In this document: positions 9,468 to 19,667 of the stretch, one piece after another
Layout of the letters: the number at the start of each line of letters is the position of its first letter
How positions within the stretch are numbered: position 1 is the stretch's first letter
NCBI GenBank assembly: GCA_934119935.1
Contig: CAKOSX010000001.1
Span: forward strand, 332,299 to 396,298
DNA from: an uncultured Clostridia bacterium
Lineage (GTDB): Bacteria > Bacillota > Clostridia > TANB77 > CAG-508
DNA length: 64,000 nucleotides
Direction of reading: 5' to 3'
Made by a program: the position numbers and the translations under genes
Notes under the pieces: generated by a model
Told to the model about the DNA's origin: nothing
Databases searched by the model: none
The model's input: only the letters and a program-made list of their open reading frames with translations

Positions 9468-10991
9468 GTGAAAAAATTAATTCAAATTTTAGGAATAGTC
9501 GTACTAGCAATAGTAGTAATTTTAAATATAGTTTATACGGCGGACATGAATTCTGGAGAGCAAATCTCAATCAATTTTAACAGCTTTATTTATATAATAG
9601 GACTTATTATAACGGCAATTTTAATTTATTTTATAACTGAAGTAATAAATAAACATTTATATAATGGAATAAATGAAGAGAAAAAACGCAAATTGCGCAA
9701 ATGGATGGTCGCAATTGCTATTGTTTTATATTTGATTTTTAATGTAGTGTGGCTAATTTTCGTAAGACCAGGAATAGTAGCAGATTCTATACATGTTTTA
9801 AATTTGGCACAAACATATTACGAGAACAATCCAGATAGATACTTACCAAATTTGACATATGCAGGAATACCACTAATTCAATATATGCAAGCGTATCCAC
9901 ACCAAATTACGTTGGCATTTGTTTATAACATGTTATTTAGTATATTACATTGTGACCTGATAATTTTACCAAGAATATTTAATGTATTCTTTAATTTGTT
10001 AATTATTTTGGCATTATATAAAATAACAAAACAATTAGCGAAAAATTATAAAACGAATAATACGAGAATGTTTATATTAATTCTAACATTCTTTACAATA
10101 CCAATGCTTGCAACATTTATGTATGGGGATATTCCAGCGCTTTCATTAAGTTTGTTTTCTGTATATTTTATGATGAAATTCACAGATACAAAACAGGTTA
10201 GATATGGAGTTTTTGCTTCAATTCTTACGATGATAGCATATTTGATGAGAATGAATACGCTAATATTCGTAATTGCAACTGTAATTTATTTGGTATTAAA
10301 TATATTCAAAGACTTTAAAGCAAAAGCTGTAAAAGAAAAGTTAATAAATGTTGCTGTAATTGCAATGTTTTTAGTATTAACATTTGTACCATCATCACTT
10401 GTAAAAACATATTATTTTAGTAAATACAACCTAGAAAAAGGCAAAACATATCCAAGTATTAGTTATATTTTAATGGCTATGGAAGAGGGACCTAGAGCAA
10501 ATGGATGGTATAATGAATCGATTGCAGAACCTGCATTAAGAAGCTTGAAAACAGGTGAGAATATTTCTGATGAATACAAAGAAAAAATAAAGGATAGATT
10601 AGAATATTTTGCAAAACACCCTGCTTACACAGTAGATTTTTACAGACAAAAGCTTACGACTACTTGGGCAGAAAGTACATATTCTACAATGTTTAACAAT
10701 GGAATAACAGAAGAGAGTAATCTAAGCTGGATAAAGAGTCCTTTAACATTCTATCAGAAAGCTTGGATAATACTAACTTTCACATTGGTGATAATAGTGC
10801 TAATTCAAAATAGAAAAAATTTAACAATAGAACTAATATTCTTGGTAACAATATTCTTAGGAGGATTTTGTTTCCATATATTATGGGAGGCAAAATCTAG
10901 GTACATAATTCCTTATATAGTAGCATTAATACCGGTCGCAAGCATTATGCTAAACATAAAACCTTTGAAAATAAAGAAGCTGAATCCTTGA
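9468..10991 (+). CDS. Polytopic membrane protein, GT-C fold glycosyltransferase-like (PMT_2/ArnT-like)
   Basis: 507 aa, about 12 TM helices with extracytoplasmic loops; adjacent to flippase gene. Confidence 0.5.
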   Translation: MKKLIQILGIVVLAIVVILNIVYTADMNSGEQISINFNSFIYIIGLIITAILIYFITEVINKHLYNGINEEKKRKLRKWMVAIAIVLYLIFNVVWLIFVRPGIVADSIHVLNLAQTYYENNPDRYLPNLTYAGIPLIQYMQAYPHQITLAFVYNMLFSILHCDLIILPRIFNVFFNLLIILALYKITKQLAKNYKTNNTRMFILILTFFTIPMLATFMYGDIPALSLSLFSVYFMMKFTDTKQVRYGVFASILTMIAYLMRMNTLIFVIATVIYLVLNIFKDFKAKAVKEKLINVAVIAMFLVLTFVPSSLVKTYYFSKYNLEKGKTYPSISYILMAMEEGPRANGWYNESIAEPALRSLKTGENISDEYKEKIKDRLEYFAKHPAYTVDFYRQKLTTTWAESTYSTMFNNGITEESNLSWIKSPLTFYQKAWIILTFTLVIIVLIQNRKNLTIELIFLVTIFLGGFCFHILWEAKSRYIIPYIVALIPVASIMLNIKPLKIKKLNP

Positions 10992-11048
10992 CATACACCG
11001 ATTGTATGATAAAATATTAAAGGAAAATTTATAAATTGGAAGTGCAAA

Positions 11049-12446
11049 ATGAATCAAAAGAAACAATTATTAGTTAACACTATAATAATAGCAATAGGCA
11101 AGCTAAGCACACAAGTTGTGTCTTTCTTGCTTTTGCCTCTATATACATCAAAATTAAGCCCGGCAGAATATGGAACATATGACTTCTTGGTAACTCTATC
11201 AACATTTTTGTTGCCAATAATAACATTGCTTATGGAAGAGTCTATGTTTAGATTTTTGATCGATGCTAATGACTTAAAGAGTAAAAAAAGAGTTATAACG
11301 GCTACAATTGCATACACTTTAGTTGGAACTATTATATTTACTGCCATTGCTGGAATAGTTATGGGAGTAATGCATTACGAATATACATTTGTATTTATAT
11401 TGTTTATAATTTCAAATATCTTATTGGGATTGAGCAATGCCTTGGCTAGAGGAACCGGAAAGATAAAATTATATTCTTTCTCAAACTTTATATTGGGAGC
11501 CTCTACAATCGTATTAAACATAATATTCATAGTAAGCTTAAAACTTGGCGTTAGTGGACTTTTATGGGCAAATACAGTCGCAAACAGTGCAACAGCAATA
11601 ATAATTTTATTAAAATTACATTTACCACAGTTCGTAAGCAGAAAAGACTTTCATAAGTCTACTTTAAGAGAAATGCTTAGATATTCAGTACCACTTGTAC
11701 CAAACAATTTATCTTGGATAATCATAAGCTTATCAGATAGACTTATGCTTACAGCAATGAGTGGTACAGAAGCAAATGGAATTTATTCTATTGCAAATAA
11801 ATTTCCAAATATAATTTATACATGTTATGGATTTTTTTCTACTGCATGGAAAGAATCGGCTGCAAAAATATTAAAAGATGATAACAAAGTAAAATATTAT
11901 AATAGCATTTATAAAGATATAAAATTCTTTTTAAAGGCAATCGTATTAGGACTAATCGCAATAATGCCATTCGTATTTTCGCTATTTGTAGACGAAAGCT
12001 ATAACGATGCATATATGTACATTCCAATCCTTGTAATATCAATTTATTACACAAACATGTCAAACTTCTATGGGGGAATATTTACAGCATATAAAAATAC
12101 TAAAATAATGGGCTCAACAACAGTTGCGGCAGCAATTATCAACATAGTAATAAACATAATATTCATACCAAAATTCGGAATATATGCAGCATCATTTTCA
12201 ACATTAATTTCAAATTTGATTGTATTTTTATACAGAAGATACAAATTAAAAGAATACATAGTTTTAAAAGAAAAATTTAACTATGTGTTTTGGATATTGC
12301 TAGTAGCAACACTAATCACATATTACAAAAACAATCTAATTGCAAACATAATAATGTTTATAATAGTGCTTGCGTACTGTATATTTACAAATATGGGATT
12401 CTTAAAGAAAATAGCAGAACCAGTAATAAATAAATTTAAGAAATAA
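11049..12446 (+). CDS. Oligosaccharide/polysaccharide flippase (Wzx, MOP superfamily)
   Basis: 465 aa, 12-14 TM; N-terminal LLVNTIIIAIGKLSTQVVSFLLLPLYT typical of Wzx family. Confidence 0.7.
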   Translation: MNQKKQLLVNTIIIAIGKLSTQVVSFLLLPLYTSKLSPAEYGTYDFLVTLSTFLLPIITLLMEESMFRFLIDANDLKSKKRVITATIAYTLVGTIIFTAIAGIVMGVMHYEYTFVFILFIISNILLGLSNALARGTGKIKLYSFSNFILGASTIVLNIIFIVSLKLGVSGLLWANTVANSATAIIILLKLHLPQFVSRKDFHKSTLREMLRYSVPLVPNNLSWIIISLSDRLMLTAMSGTEANGIYSIANKFPNIIYTCYGFFSTAWKESAAKILKDDNKVKYYNSIYKDIKFFLKAIVLGLIAIMPFVFSLFVDESYNDAYMYIPILVISIYYTNMSNFYGGIFTAYKNTKIMGSTTVAAAIINIVINIIFIPKFGIYAASFSTLISNLIVFLYRRYKLKEYIVLKEKFNYVFWILLVATLITYYKNNLIANIIMFIIVLAYCIFTNMGFLKKIAEPVINKFKK

Positions 12447-12511
12447 GGAATATATCTATAATAAGTGAACTTCTTTGGAAAAGAAAACACTTAGAAGGAG
12501 GACGCAAAAAT

Positions 12512-13432
12512 ATGGACAATGAAAGAATAATGGAAACATATGATGTACTGAAAATATTTATACCAAAAGAAGATATTTACTTAAATGAACCAATGAGCAA
12601 GCATACTACTTTTAAGATAGGTGGAAATGCAGATATATTCGTTAAGCTAAAGAGTGTGGAACAAATTGAAAAAATAATAGAAACAGCACGAAAAATAGGA
12701 GTGCCATTAAAATTTATAGGAAATGGTAGCAATATTTTAGTAAAAGACGAAGGAATTAGAGGAGTTGTGGCGAAGATATGTACTAGTACATATGATTTTA
12801 TAGACGAAACTACATTAAGACTTGACAGTGGATTGTTAAATGCGAAAGTCGCAAGAATTCTATTAGATCATAGTCTTGCTGGTTTCGAATTTGCATCTGG
12901 AATTCCGGGAACACTTGGGGGAGCTGTGAAGATGAATGCTGGTGCTTATGGTAGTGAGATGAAAAACATAGTTGTAAGTACAAGGTACATAGATTTAGAC
13001 AGTGACGAGATTGAAATAAAGGAAATTAACAATGCAGAGCATGAGTTTAGTTATAGACACAGTATATTTTCAAATAAAAATGCCGTAATAATAGATACAA
13101 CTCTAAAGCTTCAAGCTGGAGATAAGGATGAAATAGAAGAAAAACTATGTCAAAATCTTGATAACAGAAGAGAAAAACAGCCAATAGATAAGCCAAGTGC
13201 AGGAAGTACTTTCAAAAGAGGAGAAGATTTTATAACTGCACAATTAATAGACGAGTGTGGATTAAAAGGCTACACAGTCGGAGGCGCACAGGTGTCGGAA
13301 AAACATGCAGGTTTTGTGGTGAACATCGGAAATGCAACTGCAAAAGACGTTATAGAACTTACAGAGTACGTGAAGAAAAAAGTTTATGATAAATTTAATA
13401 AGGAAATAGAATTAGAAATAGAAGTATTATAG
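12512..13432 (+). CDS. murB: UDP-N-acetylenolpyruvoylglucosamine reductase
   Basis: FAD-binding FKIGGNAD...GNGSNILV; C-terminal MurB domain SAGSTFKRG. Confidence 0.9.
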   Translation: MDNERIMETYDVLKIFIPKEDIYLNEPMSKHTTFKIGGNADIFVKLKSVEQIEKIIETARKIGVPLKFIGNGSNILVKDEGIRGVVAKICTSTYDFIDETTLRLDSGLLNAKVARILLDHSLAGFEFASGIPGTLGGAVKMNAGAYGSEMKNIVVSTRYIDLDSDEIEIKEINNAEHEFSYRHSIFSNKNAVIIDTTLKLQAGDKDEIEEKLCQNLDNRREKQPIDKPSAGSTFKRGEDFITAQLIDECGLKGYTVGGAQVSEKHAGFVVNIGNATAKDVIELTEYVKKKVYDKFNKEIELEIEVL

Positions 13433-13468
13433 TAAAAAGCTATACGAGTAAAAAAAGGAAGGTTAAAA

Positions 13469-15037
13469 ATGAACGGTTTTTTTAAATGGTTTAAATCAGG
13501 AGCCAAAATAAAAAGATGGATTCTTTTAATGTTAATAGGAATGGTTCTTGTATGTTATGGAATTTCAAAAGTACTAGTAACAGATGTGATGGGATTTAGA
13601 GAACTTGCAAAAATAATATTTGTGTTTGTTTTGGGATTTACATTCACAATAGTTAGTATAATATGCATTCAGAAAAGAACATTAGAGATACTGGTAGAAG
13701 AATCTGATACAAGAGATCTAGATGATAAGAGCAAAGTTAAATCTTTAATATTCAACAGAAAAATATATAATCAAGGTCCAAAAGTTGTTGTAATTGGTGG
13801 TGGCTCTGGACTTAACACAGTGCTTAGAGGATTAAAAAACTACACAGACAATATAACAGCAATTGTTACAGTATCAGACTATGGAGAGCAGAGAAGTAAA
13901 TCAAAACAAGATTTAGGAACACTTCCATTAGATGATGTAAAAGATAGTTATATTGCTTTAGCAGCAAATGAAAATGAGATGGGCTGTCTAATGAATTTAA
14001 CATTTAAAAATCCTAAATTAGAAGGATTAAAGTTTGGAGACATATATCTAACAGCAATGAAGGAGGCTGTTGGAGACTTTTCTTCATCAGTAGAAGAAAG
14101 TTCAAAGATACTTAATATGACCGGAAAAGTTCTTCCAGTAACACTTGATCAAATTAAGATATGTGCTGAATTAGAAGATGGAACTGTGGTAGAATGTAAA
14201 GATAAAATTCCAGAAATGGTTAGTCAAAAAATAAGCAAAATCAGTAGAATTTACATATCTCCAACCAATATTAGAGTTGCACCAGGTGTTATAGAGGCAA
14301 TAGAAGAGGCTGATGCAATAGTAATTGGACCTGGAAGCCTATATACAAATGTAATTCCAAATCTATTGGTACCGGGAGTATCGAAGACAATAAGAGAATC
14401 AAGTGCATTTAAGATTTACGTAAGTAATATAATGACAGAATATGGTCAAACTGATAGTTATACCCTATACGACCATATAAAGGCTATAATAGACCATGCT
14501 GGAAAAGGAATAATAGACTATTGTATTTATGATACAGGTGAGATAGTGCCAGAATACATAAGGCAGTATAATAAAGAAGGCTCAGAGCTTGTAGAACAAG
14601 ATGTTTCTAAGGTAAAAGACGCAGGAATCAAGTTGATTCAAAGAAATATGTCCACAATCGAGAATGGAAGAATAAGACATAACTCTGATGCAATAGCAAC
14701 AAGCATTATTCAATTAATTTGTGATGATTTGAAATTTAGAGACATGCAAAATGACACAAGATACATAATGCTGGATTCAAAAATAAAAGATACTAAAAAG
14801 AAGATGAAGAAGAACAAAAAGAAAACAAATAACCAAAAGGCAAATTCAAAACATCCAGAAAGCAAGTTCTTTGAAAAGTATAATGATAGAATACAGTCAA
14901 TACAGGAAAGTTCAAAAAGAAAGGTACCTGCAAATAAAAAGCCTGCAGAGAAAAGAACAATAGAAGACGACAAAGCCTTAAAAAATAAAATGGAAGAGAC
15001 ATTAAAGAAAATGAAGGCATCCAACAAGAAAAAATAA
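13469..15037 (+). CDS. yvcK: YvcK/CofD-like (UPF0052) protein with N-terminal 2-TM segment and Lys-rich C-terminal tail
   Basis: VVVIGGGSGLNTVLRGLK..AIVTVSDYGE core of YvcK family; N-terminal hydrophobic segments; C-terminal KKKMKKNKKKTNNQK. Confidence 0.75.
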   Translation: MNGFFKWFKSGAKIKRWILLMLIGMVLVCYGISKVLVTDVMGFRELAKIIFVFVLGFTFTIVSIICIQKRTLEILVEESDTRDLDDKSKVKSLIFNRKIYNQGPKVVVIGGGSGLNTVLRGLKNYTDNITAIVTVSDYGEQRSKSKQDLGTLPLDDVKDSYIALAANENEMGCLMNLTFKNPKLEGLKFGDIYLTAMKEAVGDFSSSVEESSKILNMTGKVLPVTLDQIKICAELEDGTVVECKDKIPEMVSQKISKISRIYISPTNIRVAPGVIEAIEEADAIVIGPGSLYTNVIPNLLVPGVSKTIRESSAFKIYVSNIMTEYGQTDSYTLYDHIKAIIDHAGKGIIDYCIYDTGEIVPEYIRQYNKEGSELVEQDVSKVKDAGIKLIQRNMSTIENGRIRHNSDAIATSIIQLICDDLKFRDMQNDTRYIMLDSKIKDTKKKMKKNKKKTNNQKANSKHPESKFFEKYNDRIQSIQESSKRKVPANKKPAEKRTIEDDKALKNKMEETLKKMKASNKKK

Positions 15038-15056
15038 AAAAAGAGGTAAACGGTAG

Positions 15057-17081
15057 ATGAAGTATAGTGAAATTGATGAAAATGTAAAGAAAGCTTTAAA
15101 AAGAGATTGGATTATTACCAATGGAATAGGTGGATTTTGTAGTGAGAGTGAATTAGGGTGTAACACTAGAAAATATCATGGCTTACTAGTTGCACCACTT
15201 ACGCCTCCTGCAAGAAGATTTTTAGTATTGTCTAAACTAGACGAAAGTGTAGAAATAGATGGGAATAAATACAACTTATTCACCAACATAGCAAATGAAA
15301 CAATTTCAGAAGGTTATAAATACATTACTGAATTTAAAAAAGAATATATACCAATTTATACATATAAAGTTGAAAATGTAATTATAAAAAAATTTATCTG
15401 CATGGAATATGGCAAAAATACAGTTGTTGTATATTATAAGGTAAAAAATCAAAATTCAGATACAAGGCTGACTCTTGCACCTGTTATGAATTTTAGAGAT
15501 TTTCATTCAATGAATCAAAATCATCAATTTGATGTAAAACAGATGCACAATAATAATAAAGTTAAGGTAGTAATAGATGGTAATTCAGCAACACCAATTT
15601 ATATGAACTGCTCGGAAGGCAGGTATTTTAAACATATTGACGATACTTTTTATAATATGTTTTATCCAAGAGAAGAAGAAAGAGGATTTGAGGCTGAAGA
15701 AAACCATTGCGTTCCAGGAATTTATAATATCAATCTAGAACCTAACGAGGAAAAGGAAATTACCTTTGTCTGCTCTTTAGAAGAAAACATAGAAGAGATT
15801 GATGGATTAAATGCTATCAATAAAGAGCTTTTAAGAATGACAGGACTTATTTATGATACAGGAATTTTGCAGAATAGCAAAATGAATGACAAAAAACTTG
15901 ATGTGCTTAAAACTTTAATACTTGCAACAGATAATTTTGTAGTAAATAGACCATCATTTGGATTACATACTATAATTGCAGGTTATCCATGGTTTCTAGA
16001 TTGGGGAAGGGATTCATTAATATCGTTCGAAGGATTACTGCTACTTACAAAAAGGTATGATATTGCAAAAGAAGTATTATTAACAAATATAAGAGACATG
16101 AAATTTGGATTAGTTCCAAATGGATATTCTGGATATGATAATAGACCACTATATAATAGTGCAGATAGCTCGTTGTTGTTAATCGAGCAAGTATACAAAT
16201 ATTTGAAATATACAAATGATAACGAATTTGTTAGAGAAAAAATGTACCCAAGTCTCATAAAAATAATTGATGCATATTCAGATAGAATAGAAGTAGATGG
16301 AGATAATATATACCTAGATAAAGAAGATAATTTGTTATCTGCCGGAACAGAAAATACACAAATAACCTGGATGGATGTAAAAATAGATAATAAAGCAATC
16401 ACCCCAAGAAATGGTAAAACAGTTGAATTAAATGCTTTATGGTATAATGCGTTAAAAATAATGGCGAGATTAGCCGAAAAGTATGAGGACAAACAATTAT
16501 GCAAAAAATATTTGGAAATGGCAAATGCAACAAAAGAATCATTCGACAAAAAGTTCTATAATAAAGACAAAAAGTGCTTATTTGACGTATTAGGAGACGA
16601 AAAGATTAGACCAAATCAGTTATTTGCTTTGAGTCTATCACATCCTATTGTGGATTCTATAGAGATAGCAGAAAACGTGTTAAATGTTGTAGAGAGTAAG
16701 TTATTAAACGATTATGGATTAAAGACTCTATCATCAGATGACAAAGAGTACGTAGATGTTTATGAAGGAGCTCCTTACAAGAGAGATTCAAGTTATCATC
16801 AAGGAATAACTTGGCCATGGCTTCTAGGTTTATATTATGATGCGATAAAAAATACAATTAAAATTGAAAAAGATAATGGCAAAAGAGAAAAGCTAGAGAA
16901 AAAACTATTAAAATTAGTCGAGAAAACTAAAAATACATTTAAAACAGAAATGTTTGAAAGATCAAGTATTGGTACAATAAGTGAAATATATGATTCTAAA
17001 GAACCATATGAAGAAAGAGGAGCATTTGCACAGGCATGGAGTGTAGCAGAAATCTTCAGAATAGTCTCAAATAGATCATAA
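15057..17081 (+). CDS. Glycogen debranching enzyme (amylo-alpha-1,6-glucosidase, archaeal-type GDE_N + GDE_C)
   Basis: 674 aa; GYPWFLDWGRDSLISFEGLLL, the recalled GDE_C signature. Confidence 0.8.
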   Translation: MKYSEIDENVKKALKRDWIITNGIGGFCSESELGCNTRKYHGLLVAPLTPPARRFLVLSKLDESVEIDGNKYNLFTNIANETISEGYKYITEFKKEYIPIYTYKVENVIIKKFICMEYGKNTVVVYYKVKNQNSDTRLTLAPVMNFRDFHSMNQNHQFDVKQMHNNNKVKVVIDGNSATPIYMNCSEGRYFKHIDDTFYNMFYPREEERGFEAEENHCVPGIYNINLEPNEEKEITFVCSLEENIEEIDGLNAINKELLRMTGLIYDTGILQNSKMNDKKLDVLKTLILATDNFVVNRPSFGLHTIIAGYPWFLDWGRDSLISFEGLLLLTKRYDIAKEVLLTNIRDMKFGLVPNGYSGYDNRPLYNSADSSLLLIEQVYKYLKYTNDNEFVREKMYPSLIKIIDAYSDRIEVDGDNIYLDKEDNLLSAGTENTQITWMDVKIDNKAITPRNGKTVELNALWYNALKIMARLAEKYEDKQLCKKYLEMANATKESFDKKFYNKDKKCLFDVLGDEKIRPNQLFALSLSHPIVDSIEIAENVLNVVESKLLNDYGLKTLSSDDKEYVDVYEGAPYKRDSSYHQGITWPWLLGLYYDAIKNTIKIEKDNGKREKLEKKLLKLVEKTKNTFKTEMFERSSIGTISEIYDSKEPYEERGAFAQAWSVAEIFRIVSNRS

Positions 17082-17168
17082 GAATATACTATGCGAGCAA
17101 TATCAGAAATACATAATATAGAGTAAAATTTAGAAAAATTACTAAAAATATATCATAGGAGGCAAATA

Positions 17169-18218
17169 GTGGATATCACGGTATTAGAAAACAATTTGAA
17201 ATCGGGAAAACTTAATAGTGTGTATTTATTATACGGAGAAGAACGTTTTTTATTGGATAATAGCGTAAAAAAAATAAAAAAACTATTTGGCGAAATGATT
17301 AATGGAATAAACTATATACAAATAGATAGCTCGAATGTATCGGAAATAGTAGCAGATATCGAGACTCCGGCATTCGGATATCCAAAGAAACTTATAATAG
17401 CAAAAGACACTGGGCTATTCCAAAAGGCAAAGAGAGGTAAAAGTACGGCTACTCAAGCCGAGACAAAAAGCAAAAAGGATGAGAACAAGCTAGAAAATAA
17501 ACTTGCTGCTTATTTAGAAGAAAACATAGATCTAATAAACGATTCTGTAATATTGATATTTATAGAGAATGAAGCAGAAAAGAATAATCTATATAAGGAA
17601 ATAGACAAGCTTGGTGGGGTATGCAATTTTGAAAGGCAAAAACCAGCTGAACTTGCAAGAAGAATAAAGCAAATATGTAATGCATATAAAGTAAATATTG
17701 ATTCAGTAACACTAAATTACTTTATTGAAACATGTGGAACTTCATTACAAGATTTGATAAATGAAATAAGAAAGCAAATAGAATATGTTGGAGAGAATGG
17801 CACAATCACAAAGCAAAGTATAGATTTATTAGCAATAAAACAATTCGAAAGCATAATATTTGATTTAACGGATAGTCTTGGCAGAAAAAATATTGCAGAG
17901 GCACTTCAGGTACTAAAAAATTTACTATATGCAAAAGAGCCAATACAGAAAATATTCATAACATTGTATGGTCACTTTAAGAAATTATACATTACAAAAG
18001 TTGCAATTAACGAAAAATTAAATGTAGCAGAAAGCTTAAACTTAAAGCCAAATCAAACATTCTTAGTAAATAAGTACACGATGCAATCAAAATATTTTAA
18101 AGAAGCGGAATTAAGAAAATTATTACAAGAATTTATAGACCTAGATTACAAAGCAAAGAGTGGAGCAATAGACCTAAATGTGGGGCTAGAAGCGGTACTT
18201 TGCAGATATTGCTCATAA
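17169..18218 (+). CDS. holA: DNA polymerase III delta subunit
   Basis: 349 aa; N-terminal LLYGEERFL motif; synteny holA-(rpsT)-gpr as in Bacillus/Clostridium. Confidence 0.75.
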   Translation: MDITVLENNLKSGKLNSVYLLYGEERFLLDNSVKKIKKLFGEMINGINYIQIDSSNVSEIVADIETPAFGYPKKLIIAKDTGLFQKAKRGKSTATQAETKSKKDENKLENKLAAYLEENIDLINDSVILIFIENEAEKNNLYKEIDKLGGVCNFERQKPAELARRIKQICNAYKVNIDSVTLNYFIETCGTSLQDLINEIRKQIEYVGENGTITKQSIDLLAIKQFESIIFDLTDSLGRKNIAEALQVLKNLLYAKEPIQKIFITLYGHFKKLYITKVAINEKLNVAESLNLKPNQTFLVNKYTMQSKYFKEAELRKLLQEFIDLDYKAKSGAIDLNVGLEAVLCRYCS

Positions 18219-18219
18219 A

Positions 18220-18370
18220 TATACAACATAAAGTAAAAAATAAAGAATATAAAATAAAAATAAAGAATATAAAATAAAAATATAAAATATAAAATGTAAA
18301 ATGTAAAATAAAGATATTTAAATAAAAATATTCAAATAAAAACATTCAAATAAAAACATTCAAATGAGAT
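18220..18370. repeat. AT-rich short tandem repeats
   Basis: aaagaatataaaataaaaat x2; gtaaaat x2; (aaaaacattcaaat) x3. Confidence 0.8.
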
Positions 18371-18393
18371 ATAAAAAAGATTAAACAAAAAAC

Positions 18394-18428
18394 AGTTATT
18401 AGAAATAATAGCTGTTTTTTGTGTATAA
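18394..18428 (+). terminator. Rho-independent terminator after holA
   Basis: acagttatt-aga-aataatagctgt hairpin plus TTTTTTGTG. Confidence 0.6.
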
Positions 18429-18555
18429 TTTCAGATTAAAAAGAGAAACTAAGAAAAAATACAATGCAAAAGTTAAGAGCATAAGATAAAATTTAAGAAA
18501 AATAGTAGAATATAGAATTTAAACAATCAAAGATTAAATAAGGGGAGATTTTAAA

Positions 18556-19485
18556 TTGATAAATTTTAGAACCGATTTGGCATTAGAAAGAAATGAAGTA
18601 TATAAAGAAAAAAATAAATTAAACGAAATTGATGGAGTATCTGTAAACAACGAAACAATAAACGAAGTAGAAATTTCGAGGATAAAAATATTAAACGAAG
18701 AAGGTGAAAAGATTCTTCAAAAACCAGCAGGAAATTATATCACGTTAGATGTAAAAAAATTAAAAATTGCAGACGAAGAAAGATTAAGCAAGATAGCAGA
18801 AACAGTAGCAGATGAATTAAGAAAAATAGTTGGAGAACATGTAAATGAAACAGAAGACATACTTGTAGTGGGACTCGGCAATTTATATGTAACGCCAGAT
18901 GCATTAGGCCCAAAAGTAGTTCCAGAGATAGAAGTAACGAGGCACATTTTAGAATATATGCCAAGCATAATGCCAGAAGACACAAGGCCAGTATCAGCAA
19001 TATCACCAGGAGTATTAGGAGTAACAGGAATAGAAACAATGGAAATACTAAAAGGCGTTGTACAAAACGTAAAGCCAAAGTTACTAATAGTAATAGATGC
19101 CCTAGCAACCAAAAGCATAGAAAGAATAAGCAGTAGTATACAAATTGCAGACACAGGAATAGTACCAGGTGCAGGAGTAGAAAATACAAGAAAAGAAATA
19201 AGTAAAAGAACACTAGGAATTCCAGTAATAGCAATAGGAATACCTACAGTAGTAGACTTAGCCACTATAACAAATGAATGCATAGACATATTTATAGAAA
19301 ACTTGCAAGAAAAAGCAATGTCAAACGACTATCTAAACAAACTAAAAGAAAACGACAACTACGAAGAAATAAAAGAAGCACTAGTTCCAAAAGACTACAA
19401 CATGATAGTAACACCGAAAGAAATAGACAAACTAATCGAAAACATGAGCAAAATTGTATCAAGTGCCATAAACATGGCCATGTAA
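18556..19485 (+). CDS. gpr: Germination protease (spore endopeptidase GPR)
   Basis: N-terminal RTDLALE signature; 309 aa; position after holA. Confidence 0.8.
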   Translation: MINFRTDLALERNEVYKEKNKLNEIDGVSVNNETINEVEISRIKILNEEGEKILQKPAGNYITLDVKKLKIADEERLSKIAETVADELRKIVGEHVNETEDILVVGLGNLYVTPDALGPKVVPEIEVTRHILEYMPSIMPEDTRPVSAISPGVLGVTGIETMEILKGVVQNVKPKLLIVIDALATKSIERISSSIQIADTGIVPGAGVENTRKEISKRTLGIPVIAIGIPTVVDLATITNECIDIFIENLQEKAMSNDYLNKLKENDNYEEIKEALVPKDYNMIVTPKEIDKLIENMSKIVSSAINMAM

Positions 19486-19494
19486 TACAATTTT

Positions 19495-19610
19495 GTACAT
19501 TTTGTACATTTTGGGGACGGAGAAAAAAATGTACAAGATTCTTATGCAGCTTGGGAACTGTGCAGTTTGGTGCAGTTTGGGGACGGAGAAAAAATTGTAC
19601 AAAATCTTAT
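19495..19610. repeat. Two GGGGACGGAG-N7-TGTACA units (period 66) in convergent intergenic region
   Basis: ttttGGGGACGGAGaaaaaaaTGTACAa ... gtttGGGGACGGAGaaaaaatTGTACAa. Confidence 0.8.
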
Positions 19611-19667
19611 AACAAAAAATTTCGTCCAGAAAAAAGTATTCTGGACGAAAGTATAGTAAAGCAATAT

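Noticed and set aside
18735-19289. Long antisense ORFs inside gpr (184 aa and 164 aa on minus strand)
   Set aside because: Low-complexity, Leu/Phe-rich translations of the AT-rich antisense strand. gpr has clear family signatures.
19495-19610. CRISPR array interpretation of GGGGACGGAG...TGTACA repeats (28-nt repeat, 38-nt spacer, period 66; period 49 at 51.7k/53.9k)
   Set aside because: Only 2 units per array. Spacers too short and irregular (15-38 nt). Units appear in both orientations around palindromic cores. No cas genes in the window.
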